Of a stretch of DNA of 64,000 nt, positions 25,758 through 34,619 are shown one piece after another. A program made the translations under genes and the position numbers. Position 1 is the first letter of the stretch; every line of letters starts with the position of its first letter. Source of the stretch: an uncultured Myxococcales bacterium (GTDB lineage: Bacteria > Myxococcota_A > UBA9042 > CAIXZC01); the NCBI GenBank assembly GCA_964593355.1, contig CAZQHM010000023.1, positions 83 through 64,082 of the forward strand, read 5' to 3'. The notes under the pieces were generated by a model. It was not told the origin of the DNA. It did no database searches and was given only the letters and a program-made list of their open reading frames with translations.

Positions 25758-28559
25758 CTAATGAATGCAGGCAGCGGGGCCCTGGAAGTCAAACGGAAAC
25801 TCAGCGTGCTCCAGCAACGAAGTGACCCCGGGCTTGCTGCTCCAGCCACGGCAGAACCAGCCGTCCAGGAAATCAACCAAGTCCACCCCAGGCACCCCTC
25901 GGTCAACAAAATGCTGGCTCTTGAAGTATGAGAATATGGAGTCGAACACAGCCAGCCTTCGGCCGTGCACGGCGTCATGGGCTTCGGCGTCGCCGCTGTC
26001 AACCATGTCCCACAGCACCGACGAGACCAGATACTCCGACAGCAGGCCGCTCATCATCCCGTTCTCCGTCTTGAAGCCGAAGGGCGACTCGCTGGTCTCA
26101 ATGTCGTCAACAAGAAAGACTCCGAAAGGCCGGCTGTTCACGAAGTGCTTGTCCCTCAACACATCGCAGGCAAAGAATGTGGAAACGCCCTCAGTCCATG
26201 CCTTGCGTGGATCGTCCCTGGTGCCGTCGTGACCGCCGCCAGGGTTGTTGTCAACAGAGACTCTGGCCAAAGCAAACTTGAAGAATTCTTTGAGAATGAC
26301 CATGTCGTCGTACTCATCACGGTCCGTATCTTTGCCCTGGACCGATAGAGCCATGTACTCAGAGCATACGCCAGTGTCGTACAGGTACTTGGCGCAGAAG
26401 AGAGTGTCCGTTGTATCCGCACCCGTGGCCCAGTAGATGTTCAGCAGGCCCAGATCGGCACCGGTCATGAGCCTGATCAGGTCGTAGCCGTCAATGGCAA
26501 CGTCAAAAATGTTGAAGGCGCCAGCGCCCACCACCTCGGGAATGTCCAGATTCAGAATTGGAGACTCTGCTTCAACCTCGTTGATGACCTGTGAGGAGAC
26601 CCCGTAAAGCTGTTTGAACTTCGGATGGTTCATGACGGCGATCTCTCTGAGGCCCTCCTCAAAATTGGTCTGCGCCCGGGCCGTAATGTAGATGCCGGGA
26701 GCACCCTTGTTGGAGAACTGAACCTCGTAGTTGCCGTCACGGTCGGTATAGCCCGTGGCCAGCACCGTGTTGTCCGAAGCTCTCTTGACCTCCAGGGTGG
26801 CGTAACGAACCGGACGCCACGTGGAGCCAGAGAATCCCCGCTGGTCGAAAGCCCGATCCTCGTACCGCACTCGGCCTCTAAGCAGGCGCCCGCAATTGTC
26901 GTTGTTGAACTGCGTCACCTGGACCCCGGAACCGGCCCCGCCGCTTGTGGATGTGCCCGGAGCGAAACTCCCCTGGAAAGTCTCCAGCTCGCCGCAATAG
27001 TGCACCGTGACGGTGTAGTTGGCACCCTGGTAATCACAGTCCTCGTAGAAGTCCACCCTGACGGTGTAGGTGCCCACCGGCGCCTTGCCGTCGGGCCAGA
27101 ATACGTTCTCATTCTTGATGTGATCGATGCTGCACGCCGGGTTGGAGTCAAGATCCAGCCAGCCACCAGAGACGCACTGTTTGTGCCCGTAGTAAAGCTC
27201 GCACCCGCCTGGCTCCACGACATGCAGGTCCACGTCGGTCTCCGTGTCCCAGGAGATGCTCACCTGAATATCCCCGGATCCCACCGACTGCACCGATAGC
27301 TGGTGAGTCTTGTAGGCCGAAATCCGCCCTCGAACATCCTTGACCCCGATCTTCAAAGGCAGCTTCGAGGGGACCGTCTCGCCATCCAGGAAGACCCGCA
27401 TGAAGACCATCAACTCCTCGTCACCAAGACTGCCCTCCAGCGGAACAACGTAGTGCCCGGCCCAGCCATCGGCGCCAACGATGATTCCAACAATCTCCTT
27501 GGGGAAAGGATAGGTGCTGAAATCGGCGCTCACGCTTGCCGTGCCGCCCGTGATGATGAACTCAGAACCGTAAACCAGGCTCACAGGCTGCTGCTCCCAA
27601 TCCTGCGTCGTCGCCGGGGCGTCCGATGCAACAAAGATACCCCTGGCTACTCGAATGGGCAGAGTTGGCCGGTTGTTCAGCGCCAACTCCATATGAGGAA
27701 AATCTTGCGTATGCTGCCCATCAGACACTGTAACTGATACATTATATACACCATCTACAACAGTATTGTCCATTGAGAGGGTGTAGTTAATCATATACTT
27801 GCCACCGCCGATTTCGTATACCTCCTCGTCCCCGGGCTCGAATTCGGAGTCGATGCTGCTCAGATCTGCGGTGATATCCATGCCAGGCTTGCCCGTCTCA
27901 ACGAACAGGCTCACCTCTTCTCCGTTCTTGTATCGGTACTCAACGGAATAGGCTCGCTTCAGGTCCCAGGTGGGATTGTTCAGTACGATGGAGCGCGAGT
28001 CCTCGGCACTCTTGGGTCCGATTCTGGCCTCGGCCCTCAGAGTCGCAGAGGATAGCTGGTGCTTTCTTGTGTCCAGCACAAACCCCGTGGGGAGCTTGGC
28101 ATCCCGGAATACCTCCTGGTTGTCCAGAAAGACCTTCAGGGTGTCCACACGAAGCTCCTCAACCCCTACCGGAATCACCTTCACCACGATGCTTCCGGTC
28201 ACTTCGGCGCCATCGTCGGGCGAAACAAGCTGGATAGCGAACTGCTCAGGTATGTCCAAGTCCGTGGTGTAATCCGGCCCCGTTGTCGAATCGGTATCCG
28301 GAACGGAGATGTCGACGTCGGGGGGGATCCACATCTCACCGCCGTGGTCGTCGATCATATCTGGGATCACGGTCCCATCCTTTCCCATATCCCCAGCTGC
28401 ATCCTGCGGGTCTTGATCACCCTGGAGCATGTCTGTAGCGGCATCAGCAGCACCGTCCGGCGCCGTATCACCCTGGGGCTTGGCGTCGCCACCACCCGAA
28501 TCAGAACCGCAACCCACGAAAACCAGTGCCAAAAACGACCAAAGGATAACTCGCTTCAT
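25758..28559 (-). CDS. large secreted multidomain lipoprotein (PPC-like domain plus carboxypeptidase-regulatory-like domain)
   Basis: ATG at 28559 gives MKRVILWSFLALVFVGC (lipobox). Contains the DVDLHVVEP...YTVRVDFYED domain shared with the 4852..6972 protein. A CarboxypepD_reg-like segment (RGRVRYED...GYTDRDGNYEV) precedes a ~300-aa C-terminal domain of unknown function. Confidence 0.65.
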   Translation of the reverse strand: MKRVILWSFLALVFVGCGSDSGGGDAKPQGDTAPDGAADAATDMLQGDQDPQDAAGDMGKDGTVIPDMIDDHGGEMWIPPDVDISVPDTDSTTGPDYTTDLDIPEQFAIQLVSPDDGAEVTGSIVVKVIPVGVEELRVDTLKVFLDNQEVFRDAKLPTGFVLDTRKHQLSSATLRAEARIGPKSAEDSRSIVLNNPTWDLKRAYSVEYRYKNGEEVSLFVETGKPGMDITADLSSIDSEFEPGDEEVYEIGGGKYMINYTLSMDNTVVDGVYNVSVTVSDGQHTQDFPHMELALNNRPTLPIRVARGIFVASDAPATTQDWEQQPVSLVYGSEFIITGGTASVSADFSTYPFPKEIVGIIVGADGWAGHYVVPLEGSLGDEELMVFMRVFLDGETVPSKLPLKIGVKDVRGRISAYKTHQLSVQSVGSGDIQVSISWDTETDVDLHVVEPGGCELYYGHKQCVSGGWLDLDSNPACSIDHIKNENVFWPDGKAPVGTYTVRVDFYEDCDYQGANYTVTVHYCGELETFQGSFAPGTSTSGGAGSGVQVTQFNNDNCGRLLRGRVRYEDRAFDQRGFSGSTWRPVRYATLEVKRASDNTVLATGYTDRDGNYEVQFSNKGAPGIYITARAQTNFEEGLREIAVMNHPKFKQLYGVSSQVINEVEAESPILNLDIPEVVGAGAFNIFDVAIDGYDLIRLMTGADLGLLNIYWATGADTTDTLFCAKYLYDTGVCSEYMALSVQGKDTDRDEYDDMVILKEFFKFALARVSVDNNPGGGHDGTRDDPRKAWTEGVSTFFACDVLRDKHFVNSRPFGVFLVDDIETSESPFGFKTENGMMSGLLSEYLVSSVLWDMVDSGDAEAHDAVHGRRLAVFDSIFSYFKSQHFVDRGVPGVDLVDFLDGWFCRGWSSKPGVTSLLEHAEFPFDFQGPAACIH

Positions 28560-28746
28560 CCGTACCCTCGCCAGCGCCACGACAGGGGAAGCAGCCTCGT
28601 GCTGCACTCCGCCAACAAACAAGGCGGCCATTATAGCGTGCATCGCCACTACTTCAAAAGAGAAACGCCTGCCGTGGGCATCGGCGCCGAATTCCGGCCT
28701 CATCCCCACCACAGAGTGTACTTGATTGGAATCGTCGAGCCCCAAC

Positions 28747-29451
28747 TCACCCCTTGCGGCCAACCAGTACCCGGGCCGGACGCAGCAACTCTCCATCAAG
28801 GCGGTATCCGGCCAGCTCTACCTGGGCCACCCGGCCATCCAGCTCTTCCGCTGCCGCTATCATTCCCAGTGCATCATGCTGCTCCGGGTCGAAGGGCTCA
28901 CCCTTGGGCTCGAACCGCTCCAACCCCGATGCCCGGAATACCTCGATCATTTGGCGCCACACCAGCCTCACACCAGCGGCCAGTGGAGTGTCACTCTCGG
29001 ACCCCGATGCAGTCAGACTTCGATCAAGATTGTCCAGGGGCTCCAGAAGTCCGGAGAAGAGCTTCTGCTTCTCCAGGGCCAACCGCCTCACCCTGTCCCG
29101 CTCCAGTCGCTCCCTGACGCGGGAGGTCTCTTCCTCCAGATTTCGGTACGACTGCAGAACCTGCGCCAAACGACTCTCCAACTCCAGGTTACGATCGCGC
29201 ATCGTCAACAGCGTCCGCTCCATGCCACGGATTATCGTCTCGCTGTCATTGTTGCCCCCACCCGAGCCCTCCCCCACGTCCTCTTCGCCCCCTTCCTCCC
29301 CCTGTTCGTCCTGGGCCGCCTCTCCATCACCAGCATAACCCGACTCCTCGCCAGCCTCGAACTCCGCCTCGCCGGCCTCCTCCCGCTCATCCACAACCTC
29401 GTAGCCAGGCTTCTGGCCTAAGCCTTCCGTCTCGTTATGCTCGTCTTCCAT
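28747..29451 (-). CDS. grpE: nucleotide exchange factor GrpE
   Basis: Acidic N-terminus, coiled-coil segment and conserved C-terminal GrpE region (...FDPEQHDALGMIAAAEELDGRVAQVELAGYRLDGELLRPARVLV). Start set to the ATG at 29451 (MEDEHNE); the ORF track starts at 29580. Confidence 0.75.
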   Translation of the reverse strand: MEDEHNETEGLGQKPGYEVVDEREEAGEAEFEAGEESGYAGDGEAAQDEQGEEGGEEDVGEGSGGGNNDSETIIRGMERTLLTMRDRNLELESRLAQVLQSYRNLEEETSRVRERLERDRVRRLALEKQKLFSGLLEPLDNLDRSLTASGSESDTPLAAGVRLVWRQMIEVFRASGLERFEPKGEPFDPEQHDALGMIAAAEELDGRVAQVELAGYRLDGELLRPARVLVGRKG

Positions 29452-29718
29452 CAGGGGCGGAATATCGTTCAGAATGTCGTCTCTTCCCGCACTGCTCACA
29501 ATGGCCTCCTCCGGCAAAGAACCCCCAAGAATGAACCCCCAACACCAAACCAGCGAGCCCCACTCAGGCCGCCCGCCCATCCGTTATCGCCTACCCATCG
29601 AAGGGCCCTCTGCCAACTCTCACCGTTGACGGGAGCCTACCCCTCGACGTGGCCTGCGGCCAGCTCTCGCCCACCGCCTGCCCCGTAAAGTAATGAGAAC
29701 TGCCCTTGCTGCAACCTG

Positions 29719-29735
29719 AACCAGTGACCTTCATT
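29719..29735 (+). repeat. copy 2 of the dispersed 17-nt motif (20-nt identity TGAACCAGTGACCTTCATTC with copy 3)
   Basis: Lies 20 nt beyond the crtI-like stop (29755, minus strand) and upstream of grpE. Confidence 0.6.
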
Positions 29736-29754
29736 CCAGAAACCAGGACGCAAA

Positions 29755-31248
29755 TCAGGGCAGGTTGGAGACGAACTCACGCTTGGCGTCACGACACAAC
29801 CTCATGACGAGATGCCTTGGTCCAAAGAGGCATGGTGGAATACCACCGCCCGGTTCTACCCACTGCCCCACCATATGGAAGCCCCCCAGTCCCGGCAGAG
29901 TCTTGGGCGGCGGATTCCGGAAGGCCTCGGGAGTCATCAAGAAACCTTCATAGTAGCCGTTCTGATTCAGCGTGTATCGCCAAGTCGTGTATGGGGTGGC
30001 CACATCCACCATCTCAACATTGCCCTTCATGCCAGGAATAATCGGCGAAAGCACCCCCAGAATCTCCTCGGCCAGCTTCTCTTTGGCCGCATCGTAGGCC
30101 GGCCGGTCCGACGCAAGACCCTTCCAGTAGCTCCACTCGGCCTCGACGATGACCTGAACAATGGAGTGGCCTTCGGGTGCCAGCCCCTGGTCATGGTGGA
30201 AGCTCCTGAAGTGGAGCTTGTTGGAGGTGCGGCCTGTGCAGCGAATTTCTTCTTGAGTCACCATAGAGGTGGCCTCTACACCACCCCCGAGATCATTGTT
30301 GACACCGTATGTGATCATACATATTGGCGTGAATCGTGGCCAGTGTTTGTATATATGTTTGATCTTCTCGTCTGTGAACCCGCCTCCCAGCATCTCCACT
30401 ATGGTCGAGTGGCCGTCGGCAGCAGAAACCACAATGTCGGCTTCAACCTCTGACCCATCATCCAGCACAACGCCAACGGCCTTCTGCTCCTTGACCATTA
30501 CCCGCTGCACCTTGCTCTTGAGTCTCAAGTCTCCTCCCAGTCCCTGGTAGCGCTTCGCCATCCGCTGTGCGAAGAGCAGAGAGCCTCCACGATAGCCTGC
30601 CAGTTGCCCTTTCTGCAGCTGGGAGAGCAAGATGATGCCGAACAACACCGGCATCTCGGGCACGAAGAGCATAGGAAGGAACATCTTAAGTTTGTCACTT
30701 TTGAATCTTCCACAGAACTCATCCATTGGCTTCATAAATTTAGCCAAAGTAGGTATAAATGGAAGCATTTTGGTATAAAAACGCATGCGCTCGCCGAAGC
30801 CCATAAGATCCGTGGGGGCCAGCACCGGCATGGGGAACTCGGCACACTTTCGCACGGCCTGACACAACTGCCTGATGAGCTTGCCATCCTCGGGCCCCAA
30901 CTCCAGCATCTCTCGTTCCAGCCTGTCGATGTCTGCCGTCACATGGAGTTCGCTACCACCCTCCTCATCAAGGAATCGACCATACTCCCGGATAGGAATC
31001 AGACTGTCCGGCTCAATAACGCCGACCTCCTGATAGACCCGATACATCTCATCTTCGGGTCGACATCCCATCAGCCAGTGAATGCAGCCGTCAATTGTAT
31101 ATCCCTTACGTTTCCAAGAGGTACACACACCACCAGGAATGCTATGCTGTTCAAATATCGTAGTGTCATACCCGTTCTGCTGAGCATATATCCCGGTGGC
31201 CATCCCAGCCACCCCGCCGCCGATGATCACCATTCGTTTTCTGGACAT
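29755..31248 (-). CDS. FAD-dependent oxidoreductase of the phytoene desaturase (CrtI-like) family
   Basis: ATG at 31248 with a GGGAGG RBS. N-terminal dinucleotide fold MVIIGGGVAGMATGIYAQQNGYDTTIFEQHSIPGGVCTSW. About 497 aa. Confidence 0.75.
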   Translation of the reverse strand: MSRKRMVIIGGGVAGMATGIYAQQNGYDTTIFEQHSIPGGVCTSWKRKGYTIDGCIHWLMGCRPEDEMYRVYQEVGVIEPDSLIPIREYGRFLDEEGGSELHVTADIDRLEREMLELGPEDGKLIRQLCQAVRKCAEFPMPVLAPTDLMGFGERMRFYTKMLPFIPTLAKFMKPMDEFCGRFKSDKLKMFLPMLFVPEMPVLFGIILLSQLQKGQLAGYRGGSLLFAQRMAKRYQGLGGDLRLKSKVQRVMVKEQKAVGVVLDDGSEVEADIVVSAADGHSTIVEMLGGGFTDEKIKHIYKHWPRFTPICMITYGVNNDLGGGVEATSMVTQEEIRCTGRTSNKLHFRSFHHDQGLAPEGHSIVQVIVEAEWSYWKGLASDRPAYDAAKEKLAEEILGVLSPIIPGMKGNVEMVDVATPYTTWRYTLNQNGYYEGFLMTPEAFRNPPPKTLPGLGGFHMVGQWVEPGGGIPPCLFGPRHLVMRLCRDAKREFVSNLP

Positions 31249-31553
31249 GCTTTCGCCTCCCGTGGGTAGAAGCCACCATATGGCCTTGCAGGCTCCAGGC
31301 CTACATCCAACAGGGCCAGCGGCAGTACCGCTGCTTCCCAAACCCCATTCGATTATTGGCCCTTTCTTCTCAAGCGCAAGCAGAACAAACTCGATGCCGC
31401 TCCTCATTCTGGTAACCGACAGCCCTCAGTCCACATAATCTTAGTTGGTTAGGGACGAGAGTTGACCTCGGTGACGCAAGTCGGATGGGCAGAATAGAGG
31501 GCTACAATGGTCCCATGGGCGATTCCATCAACTTAGCCTTTGCGGTAGATGTG

Positions 31554-31570
31554 AACCAGTGACCTTCATT
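31554..31570 (+). repeat. copy 3 of the dispersed 17-nt motif
   Basis: Lies 306 nt upstream of the crtI-like start, inside the 583-bp intergenic region. Confidence 0.6.
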
Positions 31571-31701
31571 CTCGCCCCTACCCCTCGACTCGGCACCAGC
31601 CTCGCTCGGGGTAAACGGCTGGGGGGCGGATCGAGATATCTGGCCAGCCGTTTACACGGCAGGGAGGCGGGTCGAGATACCGATGACCCCAGGAAACCAG
31701 A

Positions 31702-31721
31702 CAACCGATCGACAACCGATC
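31702..31721 (+). promoter_or_regulatory. direct repeat CAACCGATC-GA-CAACCGATC (possible operator) immediately upstream of the putative -35 element
   Basis: Seen in the sequence. Confidence 0.2.
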
Positions 31722-31728
31722 ACATTTT

Positions 31729-31756
31729 TTGCCTCCGGATCTGGCCAGCCTACAAT
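31729..31756 (+). promoter_or_regulatory. putative sigma70-like promoter TTGCCT-N16-TACAAT upstream of the 31832 gene
   Basis: TTGCCT at 31729-31734, TACAAT at 31751-31756. Preceded by a 9-bp direct repeat CAACCGATC x2 (31702-31721). Confidence 0.3.
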
Positions 31757-31831
31757 GCCCACGGTGACCAGGGGTCTGCTCCGCTCTCATGAGCCGCCCC
31801 GGGTTGACCACTGGCCCCACGGAGGAACACA

Positions 31832-32692
31832 ATGAAACGAATTGCCAGCCTTTCCATCGCAGCCCTGGCCGCTGCCTGCTTAACCATGGGATTCGGCCCC
31901 ACGACCCCGCAAGCCTTCGCCCAGTCGGACGATACCGATGAGTACGACACTCCCGAAGAGCAGCCCCGGGCCAGAGTGCCCGAAGCTAAACTCCCTGCTC
32001 CTGAAAGAGCCGAGAAGCCCACGGTCAAACTCCCCGCTACCAAGGGTGCAGCCATCGTTGCCAAGAGCAAAGAGAAGAAGAAGCCCGTCGATGAGGCCTT
32101 CAGCGTCATCGGAGCAGGCCCCGTCCGAAAAGACGTAACCCCCATCAGGGTGGCTATGGGCTATCCGGAACTGGACGTGGTCTACCACATTCCAATCTCC
32201 GATGACTTCGAACTGGCTTTCGGCGGAGGACTATTCTATGGCCTCAACGCACACAGCGCCGGCCAACTCTTTGGCCCCAAAGGTATGATCGAAGCCAAGT
32301 GGCGAGTCTGGCGCGATGAAGAACACTCCCTGGCTGTCACCGCTACCCCCACCGCCTACTTCCAGATCTACCCCGATGCTGCCTTTGGTATCATCGCAGG
32401 CGCCCCTGGCGTGCTCTACGAATACGCAATCCAGAACCGCCACCGGGCAGTGCTTGGCCTCTCGGTGCCCTGGGGCGTCTTCTTCCACAACGGTGACAAA
32501 GACGGCTACTTCAAAGAAGAGGGCGTAACCGCCCGTATCCCCGTCGTCTTCAAGATGGGCATGGAGTTCGCCCTTAAAGAGTCTTTCAACATCTTCTTCA
32601 CATCCGAAACCGGCATCGACGTCTGGGCCGGTCAGGCCGATGACGCTGCCCTCTTCGTCAGAACCATGGGCGGTATAGCCTTCGCCCTTTGA
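31832..32692 (+). CDS. exported hypothetical protein (possible outer-membrane beta-barrel)
   Basis: GGAGG RBS at 31819. Signal peptide MKRIASLSIAALAAACLTMGFGPTTPQAFA. Basic/proline linker, then alternating hydrophobic beta-strand-like segments. Confidence 0.55.
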   Translation: MKRIASLSIAALAAACLTMGFGPTTPQAFAQSDDTDEYDTPEEQPRARVPEAKLPAPERAEKPTVKLPATKGAAIVAKSKEKKKPVDEAFSVIGAGPVRKDVTPIRVAMGYPELDVVYHIPISDDFELAFGGGLFYGLNAHSAGQLFGPKGMIEAKWRVWRDEEHSLAVTATPTAYFQIYPDAAFGIIAGAPGVLYEYAIQNRHRAVLGLSVPWGVFFHNGDKDGYFKEEGVTARIPVVFKMGMEFALKESFNIFFTSETGIDVWAGQADDAALFVRTMGGIAFAL

Positions 32693-32847
32693 GCCCACCC
32701 CCGTTGATCTCCCTCATCCCCCTGACCCCAATCTTCGCCAGGCCGCCTCTCCGGCGCCCCGGGGCGAAAACGGGCTTTCCTTTCCTGCCTGCCTCTGCTA
32801 CAAACAGCCGAAGTAAGCGGCAGCTGTCCCAACCAGGAGCATGAGAC

Positions 32848-33618
32848 ATGTCGTTGGAACATCAGGATTTTGAATCAGTAAGAGACGATAACGATAGATA
32901 CTTTAGCGCCTTGGGCCTTTATAGAGAGACAAGAATAAGATTCCTGGTGCGTAGCGCCATGAGCGTTCTGGCACTGGTGTTCGGCTTGTTTATAGTTGGC
33001 GCAAGAATATCCGATGTTTCCTACTATTTATTTGGTGGAGATACGGTTAAGGAGCTTGGGGACGTTAGAGAGAACAGACCGGATGCTGCTACTCTTCAAT
33101 CATTTGAGACGAACGATTTTGTTAGCTTCAAGAACGATGTTATTCTTTTTGACGAGCTTAAGAGTTCGGATGGAAAGTACTCTTTCTACTACTCTCCCCT
33201 CACCAAATTCATTGTTAGAACCAGCCGTGTGTTACCGGCCCTGGAGGATGATGGTTCTATTATAGAGATTAATACCAGCCACCAGGATTTGATCATTGAC
33301 AAGATAGCTTTCCCGCAGAACCTGGCGGTTAGCTTCGACGGTTCAGGACGCTTCGTCAAAGGCGAGGATGCCCCCGAGTGGGCAAGACAGATCATGGAGT
33401 TCATGGCCAACTCAAGCGGTGACTCCGTAGATTCTATCAACCTCCTCTTCGATGGAGATACACCCGACTCCTACGCCGTCTATGGGATGCTCTTCGCCGT
33501 GGCCCTCTTCCTCCTGCTGCTCACACTGCTGTTCTGGGGATTGGCGCTGCGAAAGCTGCTTGCAGTCAAAAACGAACTAAACAGACTTAAGAAGATGGGG
33601 ATTGATGTAAATGAGTAA
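32848..33618 (+). CDS. hypothetical membrane protein (N- and C-terminal TM helices)
   Basis: AGGAG RBS. TM helices SAMSVLALVFGLFIVGA and YGMLFAVALFLLLLTLLFWGLAL. The stop overlaps the rsfS start. Confidence 0.5.
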   Translation: MSLEHQDFESVRDDNDRYFSALGLYRETRIRFLVRSAMSVLALVFGLFIVGARISDVSYYLFGGDTVKELGDVRENRPDAATLQSFETNDFVSFKNDVILFDELKSSDGKYSFYYSPLTKFIVRTSRVLPALEDDGSIIEINTSHQDLIIDKIAFPQNLAVSFDGSGRFVKGEDAPEWARQIMEFMANSSGDSVDSINLLFDGDTPDSYAVYGMLFAVALFLLLLTLLFWGLALRKLLAVKNELNRLKKMGIDVNE

Positions 33619-34168
33619 GAAAAAGGAAGAATTCAAGTCCAAAGGAGAGGCGCTCCTCAAGGAGATAGTTCAAAAGGCGCTAATAGTAAAGAAGGCCAGA
33701 GATATTAAAGCTATTAACGTGGCAGGAATAGTAGACTACTCAGATCTGTTTCTCATCTGCTCCGCTACATCGGAACAGCACGTAAGAGCCCTTGCTCGCC
33801 AGATTCAGGTCGTCGCCAGAGATAGCGGCTATCTGCCCCTGGCCGTGGAAGGCACCCGCTTCAATCGCTGGGTGCTCATCGACTTCGGAACCGTCATGAT
33901 ACATGTGTTCCTTGAGTCGCTTCGCCAGTTCTATGACCTTGAACGCCTCTGGGTCGAAGGCAAAGAGCTCGACCTGCAACTCCCAGAGCCTCAGCCAGGT
34001 GATGCAGCATTCTGGGACCACCTGGAGGAAGACCAGGAGTGGCTCGACGACGAAGAACTGGGGGATGACTTCGTAGAACAGGACCAGGATCCTGAGATGC
34101 CCGATATCAGCGATCGAATCGATGATCTGGTTAAGCGTCGCCCTTCTCCAAAGGGTTTTAAGAAGTGA
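33611..34168 (+). CDS. rsfS: ribosomal silencing factor RsfS (iojap family)
   Basis: Core DIKAINVAGIVDYSDLFLICSATSEQHVRALARQI...NRWVLIDFGTVMIHVF matches the RsfS/Iojap family. Acidic C-terminal extension. Confidence 0.8.
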   Translation: MSKKKEEFKSKGEALLKEIVQKALIVKKARDIKAINVAGIVDYSDLFLICSATSEQHVRALARQIQVVARDSGYLPLAVEGTRFNRWVLIDFGTVMIHVFLESLRQFYDLERLWVEGKELDLQLPEPQPGDAAFWDHLEEDQEWLDDEELGDDFVEQDQDPEMPDISDRIDDLVKRRPSPKGFKK

Positions 34169-34602
34169 GTGTCTCTGTCCTTTTCCCGCACAAAATTAAA
34201 AGCAAAGAACTGGAAAGTCTGGCTTCGGATTATCTAAAGCTAGCCTCTAGATATAGAAAGAAAGATTTCCAGGTGGCGCCCCTCATGAACCGAGACCGCT
34301 CCGCTACGGCAACACTCAAGAAGTCCATGGAAAGGCAGCCCCTGTTTCTGCTCAGTGAAAGAGGAACCCCCGTGGATACCCCGTGGTTCGTCGAAAAACT
34401 GAGCAACTCAGCAAAATACCCCGGTGGCGTCGCCTTCGCCGTTGGGGACGCCTTCGGCTATCCCCAACAGTGCGAGGACAAAGCAGCTGGGCTCATCTCC
34501 TTAACCCCCTTGACGCTGCCTCATGAACTGGCTTTAGTAATTCTTTTGGAGCAACTTTGGCGGGCAGTTTCAATAATCAATAACCACCCATACCATAAAT
34601 AG
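34165..34602 (+). CDS. rlmH: 23S rRNA (pseudouridine1915-N3)-methyltransferase RlmH (SPOUT family)
   Basis: GTG start overlapping the rsfS stop (GTGA). Conserved C-terminal knot region ...FAVGDAFGY...LSLTPLTLPHELALVILLEQLWRA. Confidence 0.8.
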   Translation: MSVSVLFPHKIKSKELESLASDYLKLASRYRKKDFQVAPLMNRDRSATATLKKSMERQPLFLLSERGTPVDTPWFVEKLSNSAKYPGGVAFAVGDAFGYPQQCEDKAAGLISLTPLTLPHELALVILLEQLWRAVSIINNHPYHK

Positions 34603-34619
34603 CGATATATTGATTAGGC

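Noticed and set aside
29452-29754. CIRCE (HrcA operator) upstream of grpE
   Set aside because: I looked for TTAGCACTC-N9-GAGTGCTAA and close variants and found none.
31249-31831. tRNA or other structured RNA gene in the large intergenic gap
   Set aside because: No T-loop GGTTCGAAT-type motif or cloverleaf-compatible pairing was found by eye. This cannot be excluded without a covariance-model scan.
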